Assembly: GCA_963422645.2 (NCBI GenBank)
Contig: CAXXVO010000014.1
Location: forward strand, 320,001 to 384,000
Direction of reading: 5' to 3'
Source: Alphaproteobacteria bacterium
GTDB taxonomy: Bacteria; Pseudomonadota; Alphaproteobacteria; UBA828
Length of the DNA: 64,000 nt
Positions 40,244-50,434 of the stretch are shown piece after piece (position 1 is the first letter of the stretch; each line of letters starts with the position of its first letter). A model generated the notes under the pieces. The model worked only from the letters and a program-made list of their open reading frames with translations. It ran no database searches and had not been told where the DNA came from. The position numbers and the translations under genes are program-made.

Positions 40244-40840
40244 CTCCATGCGCTGGTGAGGGTTGATGAACCAGGCATCGCCGAGCCGGGCCGCGCGCTC
40301 GACCGCAGCGTCCGCGTTGGCGCCGAGCCAGATCGGCGGGTGCGGCTGCTGCATCGGCTTGAGCGATACGGTCGCGTCGTCGAGGGTGAAGTGGGAGCCC
40401 GCCATGCTGACGCCGTCCTCGGTCCAGAGGCGGACGACGGCCTCCAGGTTCTCCTCCAGACGCATCACCCGCTCGGCCTGGGTGGTGCCGAAGCCCTTGA
40501 ACTCCACCTCGCGGTAGCCGAGGCCCGCGCCGAAGATCATGCGCCCGCCGGACATCACGTCGAGGGTCGCGACCTGCTCGGCGATATCCAAAGGCTTGTG
40601 CAGGGAGAGCAGGATGATCCCCGGCAGCAGGCGGCAGCGCGGCGCCTCGACCATGAGCCGCGCCAGCAGCGGCATCTGTTGATACTGCTGCAGCGGGTAG
40701 GCGGCGTAGTGCATGCCGGTCGCGAGAATGTCGAAGCCGAGCTCATCCGCGAGCCTCGCCCGGGTGCAGAGGTCCGCGAAATGCGCGTTCATGTCCTCGC
40801 CGCGGCGGAACTGGCCGCGGATAAAGAATCCGTACTTCAT
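40244..40840 (-). pseudogene. LLM-class oxidoreductase truncated by IS21
   Basis: AEQVATLDVMSGGR, QQPHPPIWLG and AARLGDAW. About 199 codons remain before the IS end. Confidence 0.85.
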
Positions 40841-40848
40841 GGTGCTCC

Positions 40849-41652
40849 TCAGTCCGACATCGGCTCCTGCGAGAGCGCGCGGAGGCAGTCGTCGTCGAGC
40901 GGCTCGATCGCCGACCAGTCGCGGGTGCAGTGGTGCTCGGCGCGTTCGAACCTGGTGGGCGGGTTATCGGTGGCGGCGACGTTGAGATAGAAGATGCGGC
41001 GCGGCCAGGGCGTGATGTTGCCGGCCGAACCGTGAACCATGTTGGCGTGGCTGATCAGCACCGAGCCGGCGGGACCGGTGACCTGCTCGATGCCGCCCGC
41101 GTCCACGATGTGGGTGAGGTGCTCGTCCGAGATGACGAAGAGCGTGTAGCCGGGCGATTCCTCGTTGTCCGCGGCCTCCGCGATCAGCCCGTAATGGTGC
41201 GAGCCCGGCACCAGCATGAGCGGACCGTTGGCGGCGTTGGCCTCGTCCAGCAGGATCGCGACCATGAAGGCTCTGGGTTCCTTGAGCCCGTCGCGGTCCG
41301 ACCAGGTGGCGTAGTCCTGATGCCAGTCCCACGGGCCGCCGTGGAACGCTGCCTTGGGGTTGAGGCGCGACTGGTGGATGTAGACCGGCCCTCCCATCAG
41401 CTCCTGCACCGGCTCCAGCCAGCGCGGATGGCACGAGAGGCGGTGGAACGCCTCGTTGAAGCGGTGGGCGCCGTAGACCAGCCTGACCGCGTCCGACTCT
41501 GACTCTGTCACCACCTCGGGGCCTTCGCGCGCCGCGACCGACTCGACCTCGGCCCGGACGGCGGCGATCTCGTCCTCCGAGAAGAGGGCGGGGAGGAGCA
41601 GGTACCCCTGGTCGTCGAATTCGCGCCGCTGGGCGTCGGTGAGCGCAGGCAT
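40849..41652 (-). CDS. PhyH-family Fe(II)/2OG dioxygenase (ectoine/proline hydroxylase-like)
   Basis: HQSRLNPK, WDWHQDY, NGPLMLVPGSH and HGSAGN. Confidence 0.85.
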   Translation of the reverse strand: MPALTDAQRREFDDQGYLLLPALFSEDEIAAVRAEVESVAAREGPEVVTESESDAVRLVYGAHRFNEAFHRLSCHPRWLEPVQELMGGPVYIHQSRLNPKAAFHGGPWDWHQDYATWSDRDGLKEPRAFMVAILLDEANAANGPLMLVPGSHHYGLIAEAADNEESPGYTLFVISDEHLTHIVDAGGIEQVTGPAGSVLISHANMVHGSAGNITPWPRRIFYLNVAATDNPPTRFERAEHHCTRDWSAIEPLDDDCLRALSQEPMSD

Positions 41653-41712
41653 GGTCGGGATCCTAGTATCCTGTCCCGAAACGGAGGACGAATGATGCCA
41701 GCGTTCCTCTAA

Positions 41713-41802
41713 CGTCATTGCCGGGTTTGTCCCGGCAATCCACGGGGGCACCCCGGTCTCGCCCGGCGGGACGAGATGCCCGGAACAAGTCCGGGCATGA
41801 CG
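41713..41802. repeat. Alphaproteobacterial-type palindromic REP doublet
   Basis: CGTCATTGCCGGGTTTGTCCCGGCAATC...GATGCCCGGAACAAGTCCGGGCATGACG. Confidence 0.8.
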
Positions 41803-41840
41803 GTAGGAGGATTGAGTAGTGCATGCGTTCGCCCCGGACC

Positions 41841-42545
41841 CTAGCCGCCCATGCCGACGAACTCGGCGACGAGATCGGGATCGGAGAGCTGCGACGGCGA
41901 GACCTCGCTGGTGAACTGGCCGCGCTGGATGATAAGCACGCGCTGGGACAGCTCGGCGATGAAGTCGAGGTTCTGCTCGACCAGGACGACGGTGAGCTTG
42001 CGCCGCGCCTGGAGGGTCTTGAGGATCTCCACGATCTCTTCGACGATCGAGGGCTGGATGCCTTCGGTCGGCTCGTCGAGGAGGATCAGGCGGGGGCGCC
42101 CGCAGAGGCAGCGCGCCAGCGCCAGAATTTGCTGCTCGCCGCCGGAGAGCACACGGCCCGCGCGGTCGAGCAGGGGCTTGAGGCGCGGGAACTCCTCGAG
42201 CACCTCCTCGAGCACCTCCTGCTCGTCCACCTTCTGCACCGCGAAGCCCAGCCTGAGATTGTCGCGCACGCTCACGTTGGGGAAGATCTCGCGCCCCTGC
42301 GGCACGTAGCCGATGCCGCGCCGGCTGCGCTTGTGCGGCGCCTCCCGCGTGATCGCCTCGCCCTCGAAGGTGATCGATCCGTCGGTGGTCTTGACCAGGC
42401 CGATCAGGGTCTTGAGCAAGGTGGTCTTGCCCATCCCGTTGTGGCCCAGGATGCCGACGAACTCGCCCTCCGCCACCTGGAGGTCGATGCCGTGCAGGAT
42501 CGGGATCCTGCCGTAGCTCGCGCGGATGCCTTCGGCGCTCAGCAT
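41841..42545 (-). CDS. ABC ATPase, UrtE/LivF-like
   Basis: GHNGMGKT and LDEPTEGIQPS. Confidence 0.88.
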   Translation of the reverse strand: MLSAEGIRASYGRIPILHGIDLQVAEGEFVGILGHNGMGKTTLLKTLIGLVKTTDGSITFEGEAITREAPHKRSRRGIGYVPQGREIFPNVSVRDNLRLGFAVQKVDEQEVLEEVLEEFPRLKPLLDRAGRVLSGGEQQILALARCLCGRPRLILLDEPTEGIQPSIVEEIVEILKTLQARRKLTVVLVEQNLDFIAELSQRVLIIQRGQFTSEVSPSQLSDPDLVAEFVGMGG

Positions 42546-42548
42546 GGT

Positions 42549-43301
42549 TCAGGCCGCGTGCTGCTTGCCGAGATAGATGTCGCGCACCTGCTGGTTCTTC
42601 TCCAGGTTCGCCATGGTGTCCTCGATCAGGATCGCTCCTTGATGGAACACGGTCACCCGCTTCGCGATCGACTTGATGAACTGCATGTCGTGCTCGACGA
42701 CGATCATCGACGTGGTCTTGTTGATTTCGAGAATCAGGTCGGTGGTCTGATTGACCTCTTCATGGGTCATGCCCGCCGTCGGCTCGTCGAGCAGGATCAG
42801 CTCGGGCTCGCCGGTGAGCACGGTGCCAAGCTCCACCCGTTGGCGCTCGCCGTGGGCGAGCTGGCCGACGACGCGACGCGCGAGTTCGCTGAGGCGCAGC
42901 CGCTCCAGAATCTCGTCGACGATGCGGTTGGCCTCGCGGCGGCTGTGATGACGCCGGGCCGCGACCCAGATGTTCTCGTGGACGCTCAAGCCGTCGAAGA
43001 CGCTCGGCACTTGCGTCTTGATGCCGATACCGCGGCGCGCGATCTGGTAGGTGTGGGAGCCGGTGATGTCGGTGCCCCGGAAGTGGACCCGCCCGGCGGA
43101 CGCCTTGTACTGGTGGGTCAGGCACTTGAAGAAGGTGCTCTTGCCGGCGCCGTTGGGGCCGATCAGGCAGCGGAGCTCACCCTCGGACATGGAGAAATCC
43201 ACGTTGTCGACCGCGACCACACCACCGAAACGCATGGTCAGCCCGTGCGTCTCCAGGATGGGCATTGCGTCGGTCGTCGCTGCCGCCGCTGCGTCGGTCA
43301 C
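42549..43301 (-). CDS. ABC ATPase, UrtD/LivG-like
   Basis: GPNGAGKST, LDEPTAGMT and VEHDM. Confidence 0.88.
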   Translation of the reverse strand: MTDAAAAATTDAMPILETHGLTMRFGGVVAVDNVDFSMSEGELRCLIGPNGAGKSTFFKCLTHQYKASAGRVHFRGTDITGSHTYQIARRGIGIKTQVPSVFDGLSVHENIWVAARRHHSRREANRIVDEILERLRLSELARRVVGQLAHGERQRVELGTVLTGEPELILLDEPTAGMTHEEVNQTTDLILEINKTTSMIVVEHDMQFIKSIAKRVTVFHQGAILIEDTMANLEKNQQVRDIYLGKQHAA

Positions 43302-44353
43302 TGCACCGCCTCCCGCGCTTTCCCACCGCTCCCGTCGCCTCCGCCCATTCCGGGCACGAAACGCTCCAATAGCTGGCGCGCGGTGGGCAGCAGCCCGGCC
43401 GGCACCAAGAGCACGAACACCATAATGATCCCGCCGAAGATCAGATAGGTGTTGGTGATCTGCTGCTGGCCGATCTCGAACTTTAGCATCAGAAGCCCGA
43501 TGCAGCCGATCATCGGCCCGACCAGGGTGCCGAGCCCGCCGATCAGCGTCCACATGATGATCTCGGCCGCGAAGTTGAGGGCGAACACGTCCGGATTGAC
43601 GAAGGAGTTGAAATTGACGCCCAGACACCCGGCGAGCCCGGCCATGCCGCCGCCGATGGTGAAGGTCTGCAGCTTGTGCAGGCGAACGTCGTAGCCGAGC
43701 AGCTCGGCGCGCAGCTCGTTTTCCCGAATCGCGACCGCGACCCGGCCAAAATGCGAGCGATTGAGGAGCTTGAGGCCGAAATAGCACAGAATCAGACACC
43801 CCATCGCGAGATGGTATATCTCGTCAGGGAAGAGCCACGCCTTGCCGTCCCCCGGCCAGTTGATGGGCTGAACCGACGAGATGCCGTTGAAGCCCATCAG
43901 CCGCTGTGCGCCGATGGCGTATTCCTCACCCGCGGTCGAGCGCATGAAGTTGTAGAGGATGAGCGTGACCGCGAGCGTCACCACCGCGAGGTACACATCG
44001 CTCAGGCGGCCGTAGAACATAAAGTAGCCGAGCAGGGCGGCGAAGGCGGCGGGCACGACGATCGCCAGGAAGAAGGGGCCCGTGCTCTCGCCGAAGTTGC
44101 CCACGGCGATCGCGTAGCTGTAGGCGCCGAGGCCATAGAACGCCGACTGCCCGAAACACAGGATTCCGCCGTAGCCCCAGATGAAGCCCATGGAGAGTGC
44201 CAGGATCGCCATGGCGACGAAGAGCGTCACCTTGAAGAGCAGGAAGAGGTCGAAGATGTGCGGGCCTGCGAAGAGCAGCACGAGCATGAAGAGCCCGACC
44301 AGTATGGTGCCGAGAGTCTCCCAACTCCTCAGGTTGACGCCGAGCACCCTCAC
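43298..44353 (-). CDS. ABC permease, UrtC/LivM-like
   Basis: WGYGGILCFGQ, GGLGTLVGP and multiple TM segments. GTG start. Confidence 0.85.
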   Translation of the reverse strand: MRVLGVNLRSWETLGTILVGLFMLVLLFAGPHIFDLFLLFKVTLFVAMAILALSMGFIWGYGGILCFGQSAFYGLGAYSYAIAVGNFGESTGPFFLAIVVPAAFAALLGYFMFYGRLSDVYLAVVTLAVTLILYNFMRSTAGEEYAIGAQRLMGFNGISSVQPINWPGDGKAWLFPDEIYHLAMGCLILCYFGLKLLNRSHFGRVAVAIRENELRAELLGYDVRLHKLQTFTIGGGMAGLAGCLGVNFNSFVNPDVFALNFAAEIIMWTLIGGLGTLVGPMIGCIGLLMLKFEIGQQQITNTYLIFGGIIMVFVLLVPAGLLPTARQLLERFVPGMGGGDGSGGKAREAVQ

Positions 44354-45219
44354 AGCGAGCGCCTGAAGATTTTGCCGGTGATGCCCTGGGGCAGGAGCCG
44401 CAGCATGACCACTGCAACGATCAGCAGGCCGACGCCGCCGAGGACCGGCGTGAACTCGTAGCTGAGCAGCTGGCGCACGGTGCCGAAGACGCCGGAGGCG
44501 ACCAGTGTGCCGGTCACGGCGCCGGTGCCGCCGGTGATGACGGTGATGAAGGTCTGGGCGACGTAGGCCGCGCCCGCCGTCGGGATGACCTGCGAGATCG
44601 GCGCCAACAGGCCGCCCGCGAGCCCGGTCAACCCAGCGCCAACCGCGAAGGTCACCATGTAGACGCGCTGCGTGCTGATCCCAAGCACCGACGCCTGGGC
44701 CGGATTCTGCATGGTGCCGCGCGCGATGAGGCCGAGCTTGGTGCGCGTCAGCACCAGGAAGACGCCAATGAAGAGCAGGATCACGATGCCGATGAGCATC
44801 ATGCGGTATTGGGCGACGTTGTAGATGCCGACCTCGAAGCTGCCCATCGGCGCAGACACGCCTTCGATGATGTTGCCGAAGATCGCGGTGACGATGCCGA
44901 TGAGCAGCAAGCTCAGGCCCCAGGTCGCGATCAGCGTGTCGATCATCCGTCCGTAAAAGAAGCGGATGAAGGTGCGTTCCACGATGATGCCGATGATGCC
45001 GACGACGATCGGCGAGATGATCAGCATCGAGATCCAGATGTTGATACCGAGCGTCTTGGTGCACACCACGGTGGTGTAGGCGCCGAGCATCATGAACTCG
45101 CCGTGGGCGAAATTGATCACCCGCATCATGCCGAAGATGATCGCCAGCCCGGCGCAGGCGAGCGCCAGGCTGGCAATCCCGTTCAGCACTTCGATGATCA
45201 GGAGCGCAGCAGTGTCCAC
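44350..45219 (-). CDS. ABC permease, UrtB/LivH-like
   Basis: GLAIIFGMMRVINFAHGEF. Confidence 0.88.
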   Translation of the reverse strand: MDTAALLIIEVLNGIASLALACAGLAIIFGMMRVINFAHGEFMMLGAYTTVVCTKTLGINIWISMLIISPIVVGIIGIIVERTFIRFFYGRMIDTLIATWGLSLLLIGIVTAIFGNIIEGVSAPMGSFEVGIYNVAQYRMMLIGIVILLFIGVFLVLTRTKLGLIARGTMQNPAQASVLGISTQRVYMVTFAVGAGLTGLAGGLLAPISQVIPTAGAAYVAQTFITVITGGTGAVTGTLVASGVFGTVRQLLSYEFTPVLGGVGLLIVAVVMLRLLPQGITGKIFRRSL

Positions 45220-45276
45220 GGCGCACCCGTCGTGATGCGAACTATCGCTCTCGTTTCGCTACGGCGCCGGAAACCC

Positions 45277-46524
45277 CTACAGGATCGGCTCCAGATGGGC
45301 GTTCATGTCGGGGTCCTTGGTCAGGTCGCAGCGGTCGATCACGTCGCTCGGATAGAGCTGGGAGAAGCTCTCGAAGATGTTCCAGCTCTGGTTCTGGCAC
45401 TCGGCCATGTGCATGTCCTGGACGACGTGGTTGGTGACCGGATCGACCACCATGTGCCCGGCCGGGCCGTCCCACGCGATGTCGCCGCTGCGCAGCGCCT
45501 CGATCACCGCCTCGCGCTCGTGGCTGCCGGCAGCCTTGACGCCGAGCGACCAGAGCATGGTGCCGAGATAGCCGCCGACACCCACCGAGTTGAGATACTG
45601 GGCGTCGTCGCCGAAGCGTTCCTGATAGCGCTTGACGAACTCGACGTTGGCGGGGAGCTGCAGCTCCTGGAAGTAGGGTTGGGCGCTGACGATGCCGTTG
45701 CCCTCCTCCGCGCTGAGCTGCTTGTGCTCGTTGCCGACGCCGAAGGTCGTCGAGACGATCGGAATCTCGTTCAGCATGCCCGCTGCGTACCACTGGCGAT
45801 AGAAGCCGGTGTGCGCGGCGCCCACGAGACAGGTGGAGAGCCAGTCCGGCTTCGCTTCCTGGATCTTGGCGATGGCCGGGCCGAACTCCGCCACGTCGAG
45901 GGGGAAGAAGTCCTTGGTGAGGACCTCGGCGCCGTGATCCTTGGAGAAGACCTCGGTCCACTTGCCGATGATCTGGGGCGCGTTGTAGTCGGCGCCGATG
46001 TAGTAGCAGCGCTTGCCGTGGGTCCTGAAGCCGTAGTCGGCCATGGGCTTCACCCACTGCACGGCGGTCACGCCGCTGACGAAGTTGTTGATGTCGCAGA
46101 CGCCGCCTTCGTAGATCACGCTGTACCAGAGGAGGGTCTGGAAGCGCCGGAGGATCGGGCGGATGACCTCGCGCGAGGCGCTGGTGATGGCGCCGTGGAC
46201 CAGGTCGACACGCTCCTTCAGCGCGGCTTCCTGCGCGTACTGGGCATAGAGCTCCATGTTGGACTGCGGGTCGTACTTGATCAGCCGCACCTTCTTGCCG
46301 AGCAGGCCACCGGCCGCGTTGATCTCCTCGACCGCGAGCTCGCAGGTCTGGGTCATCGGCGTGCCGTAGATGTCGAGACCGCCGGACTGGTCGAAGATGC
46401 TGGCGATGACGATCTCGTCGTCGTCGGCATAGGCCTTGGGCGATGCCGCGAGACCGGCCGCCACCAACGTTGCGGCGGTGCCCGCCGTGCCCTTGAGAAA
46501 ACCTCTCCGAGTGCTGTCGAACAT
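45277..46524 (-). CDS. Urea/short-chain-amide-type substrate-binding protein (UrtA/FmdD-like) with a Tat signal
   Basis: TRRGFLK, SASRE, YEGG and ADYN. Confidence 0.85.
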   Translation of the reverse strand: MFDSTRRGFLKGTAGTAATLVAAGLAASPKAYADDDEIVIASIFDQSGGLDIYGTPMTQTCELAVEEINAAGGLLGKKVRLIKYDPQSNMELYAQYAQEAALKERVDLVHGAITSASREVIRPILRRFQTLLWYSVIYEGGVCDINNFVSGVTAVQWVKPMADYGFRTHGKRCYYIGADYNAPQIIGKWTEVFSKDHGAEVLTKDFFPLDVAEFGPAIAKIQEAKPDWLSTCLVGAAHTGFYRQWYAAGMLNEIPIVSTTFGVGNEHKQLSAEEGNGIVSAQPYFQELQLPANVEFVKRYQERFGDDAQYLNSVGVGGYLGTMLWSLGVKAAGSHEREAVIEALRSGDIAWDGPAGHMVVDPVTNHVVQDMHMAECQNQSWNIFESFSQLYPSDVIDRCDLTKDPDMNAHLEPIL

Positions 46525-46887
46525 GGGTTCTAGCCTCTCCCTAATTTCATTGAATGCGCGCCGCCGCGCTCCGGCGGAAGGTTAAGCGCAGGGCGGCGTT
46601 GGCGCAACGGCTTGCCGTCGACAGAGCTTGTGACGGATCGACGGCGACAATCAATTGCCAAGGGTCATCGAAGGGACCAAATTCAAGGATGGCATTCAGG
46701 CTGATGAAACCGAGACCCGCACCGCTTTCCGGTCAGCCATCATCCAGGATGGGGCATAGCTCTCCCCGGCGAGGATGCGCTGCTAGAGCGTATCCGTTTA
46801 ACACGGAAATGCTCTGCTTCTTTGTCGCTCACGGCAGCCGGCAATTCTATGCTTCCGCGCGCCTGTCGGCGCGACCCGGCGCCTGCG

Positions 46888-49360
46888 CAATGGCATTCAT
46901 TTGGCGCGAAGATTGTTCCGGGGTTTTTTTGGTGGTGTCGTAACGAGTTGATTTCTTGTGTGGATTGTCGGTCTCGGCGTTTCCCGCACGAGGGGGATTG
47001 ACCGGCGGCGTGTGCTTTGGCACACTGTGGCTGTCCCCCTGTCAGTGGAGCCGGCCCATGGACCCCCGCATCACCGCGCTGAAGTCGACGACCTTTTTCG
47101 GCAGACGTCTGACCCGCCGGCAGATTGCCGACATCCAGGAGACGGTGGCGCTGTTTCCGGCGATCAGCCGCAACGAGCTCGGGCACACGATCTGCGAGCA
47201 TTTGAACTGGCGCGCGCCGAGCGGGCGGAACCGTGTCGCGGTCTGCCTGCGGATGCTGGAGGAGTTGGAGCGGCTGGGCATCCTGACCCTGCCGGCGCGG
47301 GACGAGGCGCAGGTGCGGGGGCCGCAGGAGGCGATGGCCCGGAGCGAGCGGACGGCGCCGGCCGCGGCGATCGCGGAGGACCTGGCCGCGCTGATGCCGC
47401 TGCGCCTGTCGATTGCGGCGGGCAAGGAGGAGGGCGGGCTGTGGAACGAGTTCGTCGCGCGCCACCACTATCTCGGGCTGCATCGTCTGGTCGGCGCGCA
47501 TCTGCGCTATTTTCTCCTGGACCGCCACGGGCGGCCTCTGGGCTGCCTTCTGTTTGCCCGGGCGTCGCTGAGCTGCCCTGCCGCGACGAGTGGATCGGGT
47601 GGCCGGCGGAAGGCTTCCGCAAGCACCTCGATCTGGTCGTGGGTCACACGCGTTTCCTGATCTTTCCCTGGGTCCGGGTCGACAACCTGGCGTCGAAAGC
47701 GCTGTCGATGGCGCTGCGCCAGCTGCCCGGCGACTGGGAGGCGCGCTTCGGAGCGCGCCCGGTTCTGGTGGAGACCTTCGTGGACCCCAGCCTCTTCGAC
47801 GGCGCCTGCTACCGCGCGGCCAACTGGCGCTGTCTCGGCGAGACCGGGGGCGGCAAGGGCAAGACCCGCAAAAGCGTCTACGTCTACCCGCTGACGCCGG
47901 ACTTCCGCTCGATCCTGCTCGAAGGCCCGCGGCCGGCGCGGCGCGGGAACAGGACACGGCCGGCAGCGCTGGCGCCGGACGATCCCTTCGTGGCGCTGTG
48001 GCAGGACCTGATCGGCGCACTGGCGGCGGTGGCCGCCGATCACGACCGGGTGTGGCAGAGCCGCCGGCGGGTCCTCGACACCCTTCTCGTCATGCTCTTC
48101 ATCTTCCGGCTGGCGTTCTCGAACGGCCGCGCGGGCTACGCCACGACGCTGGCCGGGCTGTGGGAGCAGTGCCGGGTCCTGGGCGTCGCACTGCCGCAGC
48201 CGGCGCCGGTCTCGGCCTCGGCGATGTGCATGGCGCGGGCCAAGGTCGACGAGGCGGTGTTCAAGACGCTGCACGCCGAGATCCTCAAGCGCGCCGACGG
48301 CCCGGCCTGGAAGGGCCACCGCGTGTTCGCGGTCGACGGCTCCAAGCTCAACCTGCCGCGGCCGCTGCTCAAGGCCGGCTACCGCACGCCCTCCGAGGCG
48401 GCCCACTACCCGCAGGGCCTGCTGAGTTGCCTCTACCGGCTGCACGCGAACATCCCGGTGGACTTCGACCTGGTCGCGCACGGCGACGAAAGAAGGGCCG
48501 CCCTCGCCCACCTCAAGGCGCTCTCGGCCAACGACATCGTGGTCTATGACCGCGGCTACTACTCTTGGGAGATGCTGCACGCCCATGTCGCCCGCGGCCT
48601 GCACCCCGTGTTCCGGATCAAGAAGAAGGCAGGCGCCGCCCTCGACGCCTTCATCGCCGACGGCCGCACGGACGCGCCGATCACCGTCGCTCCCGGAAAG
48701 GACACCCTGAGAAAGCTGCGCCGCAAGACGCCGCACGTCGACGCCACCCCGCTGCGCCTGCGACTGGTCCGCTACCGCATCGGCAGCACGGTCTTCATCC
48801 TCGCCACCACCCTCCTCGACCCCAAGGCCTGGAGCGTCGCGGAACTGGCCGAGCTCTATCACGCGCGCTGGGGAATCGAGGAACTCTACAAGACCTCGAA
48901 ACAGGCCATGGCCGTCGAGGCCTTCCACAGCCAGACCGAGCGCGGCGTCCGCCAGGAGCTCTTCGCCCACTTCAACCTCATCGCCATGACCCGGCTCTTC
49001 ACCAACCGCAGCAACGCAAGCCTCGACGCCGAGCGCCCTGCCGACGGCAAGCCGGCGATGAAAGCCAACTTCAGCAACGGCCTCGCCACCGTCGCGCGCA
49101 ACCTCGAAGCGCTGCTGCTGCGCCATACGGCGATGGTCGCCGAAACCCTCAGCCATGTCCTCTCCTGCATCAACCAGGCGCGTCAGCGCCCGCGCCCCGG
49201 CCGGTCCTGCGAACGCAGGTCGCGCAAACCCCGCGGCAAGTGGGCACGCGCAAAGCGGGCCGTCGCCTGAACACCTGAACGACAGAAACGCACGCAACCG
49301 ACAGCGCAAGAACACGACTCCTTAAGTGAACAGTCGAAAACCGCTAAGTGAATGCCATTG
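46888..49360 (+). mobile_element. IS4-family element (2473 bp)
   Basis: TIR CAATGGCATTCAyTTrGCG and a 10-bp TSD GGCGCCTGCG (46878-46887 and 49361-49370). Confidence 0.92.
47058..49270 (+). pseudogene. DUF4338 (DruA-like)-IS4 transposase fusion with a frameshift near 47565
   Basis: HHYLG...GAHLRY, then in another frame RDEWIGW, RFLIFPWV..NLASK and ETFVD...YRAANW. IS4 motifs AVDGS, YDRGY and YHARWGIEELYK follow. Confidence 0.8.
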
Positions 49361-49413
49361 GGCGCCTGCGCGGGCGCGCCGCATTCGCGGCGGTCCGCGG
49401 TCGCGGCCTGTCG

Positions 49414-49442
49414 CGCGTCCGTCAAAGACGGACGCGCTCTAG
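49414..49442. repeat. Hairpin repeat ending in CGCTCTAG
   Basis: CGCGTCCGTCAAAGACGGACGCGCTCTAG, with a 1-mismatch copy at 61286-61314. Confidence 0.7.
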
Positions 49443-49588
49443 CGAATTTTCCAGCAACTCCTGGACTTCGCCCGCCGCGTCTTTCAAAGGCTAGAGTCCC
49501 TGCGCGACGAAGCGCTCGGCGTTGCAGCCCGCCGCCTGTCACGTCTTCTATTTGAGCGGTCCAAAGAAGGACGCCAGGAACCGGCGCG

Positions 49589-50434
49589 ATGACCAGAACA
49601 AGGTTGAGCTGGGCCGACCGCATCGCACTGGCGGCAGCGCTCCTCTTCGCCCTGTTCCCGGTTTTCTGGCTGCTTTCGACGTCATTCAAGGTGCGGAGCG
49701 AATACGTGAGCGGCGCGGCGGTCTTGAGTGCATGGATCCCGTCGAGCCTTTCTCTCAACAACTACCGAGACGTCTTCTATCCCTACATGAATCTGCTTGG
49801 CATGCCGCAGAGCTCGTCGTGGCGTTCGTTGGTTAGCACGACCGGTGTTGCGCTATCGGCGACCGTGGTTTCGGTGATCTTCGGCCTGATGGCTGCGATT
49901 GCTTTCGCGCGCTACAGGGTCGGCGGCAGCTGGCTGCCGATCTCCGTCCTCTCGTTTCGCATGATCCCTCCAATGGCGATCGCGATACCCCTGGCCATTC
50001 TCCTGGCGCCGCTCGGCGTGACCAACACACCGATGCTGCTGCCCGCGATCTATGCCGCGATCACCGTTCCACTCTCGACCTGGATGCTGAAGAGCTTCAT
50101 CGAGCAGATTCCGCCGCAATACGAGGAGGCGGCGATGCTCGACGGCATGTCTCGCTGGCAGGCGCACTTTCGGATCACCGTGCCCATGATCAAGGGCGGA
50201 CTGGGGGCGACCTTCCTCTACGTCTTCATTCTGAACTGGACCGAAACACCAATCGCGCTTGCGCTCGCCCAAGGTCGGTACGTGACGATTCCCGTTCAGA
50301 TCATCGACAAGGTCGACAGCCCTCACGTGCAGGTTGCGCTCGCCGTGCTCGCCCTGGTGCCGCCTCTGGTGATCGGCATCGTCATCCAGCGCCACCTCGG
50401 GCGCGGCTTCACCTTCGGGGCTATCAAGAACTGA
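49589..50434 (+). CDS. Carbohydrate ABC transporter permease (MalG-like), orphan
   Basis: EEAAMLDG EAA motif and multiple TM segments. Confidence 0.85.
   Translation: MTRTRLSWADRIALAAALLFALFPVFWLLSTSFKVRSEYVSGAAVLSAWIPSSLSLNNYRDVFYPYMNLLGMPQSSSWRSLVSTTGVALSATVVSVIFGLMAAIAFARYRVGGSWLPISVLSFRMIPPMAIAIPLAILLAPLGVTNTPMLLPAIYAAITVPLSTWMLKSFIEQIPPQYEEAAMLDGMSRWQAHFRITVPMIKGGLGATFLYVFILNWTETPIALALAQGRYVTIPVQIIDKVDSPHVQVALAVLALVPPLVIGIVIQRHLGRGFTFGAIKN

Noticed and set aside
46600-46620. Sigma54 promoter upstream of the Urt-like binding protein
   Set aside because: The GG-to-GC spacing is 9 nt, not the required 10.
47058-47900. Complete Druantia defence system
   Set aside because: No DruE helicase or other dru genes are present, and the domain lies inside IS4 TIRs.
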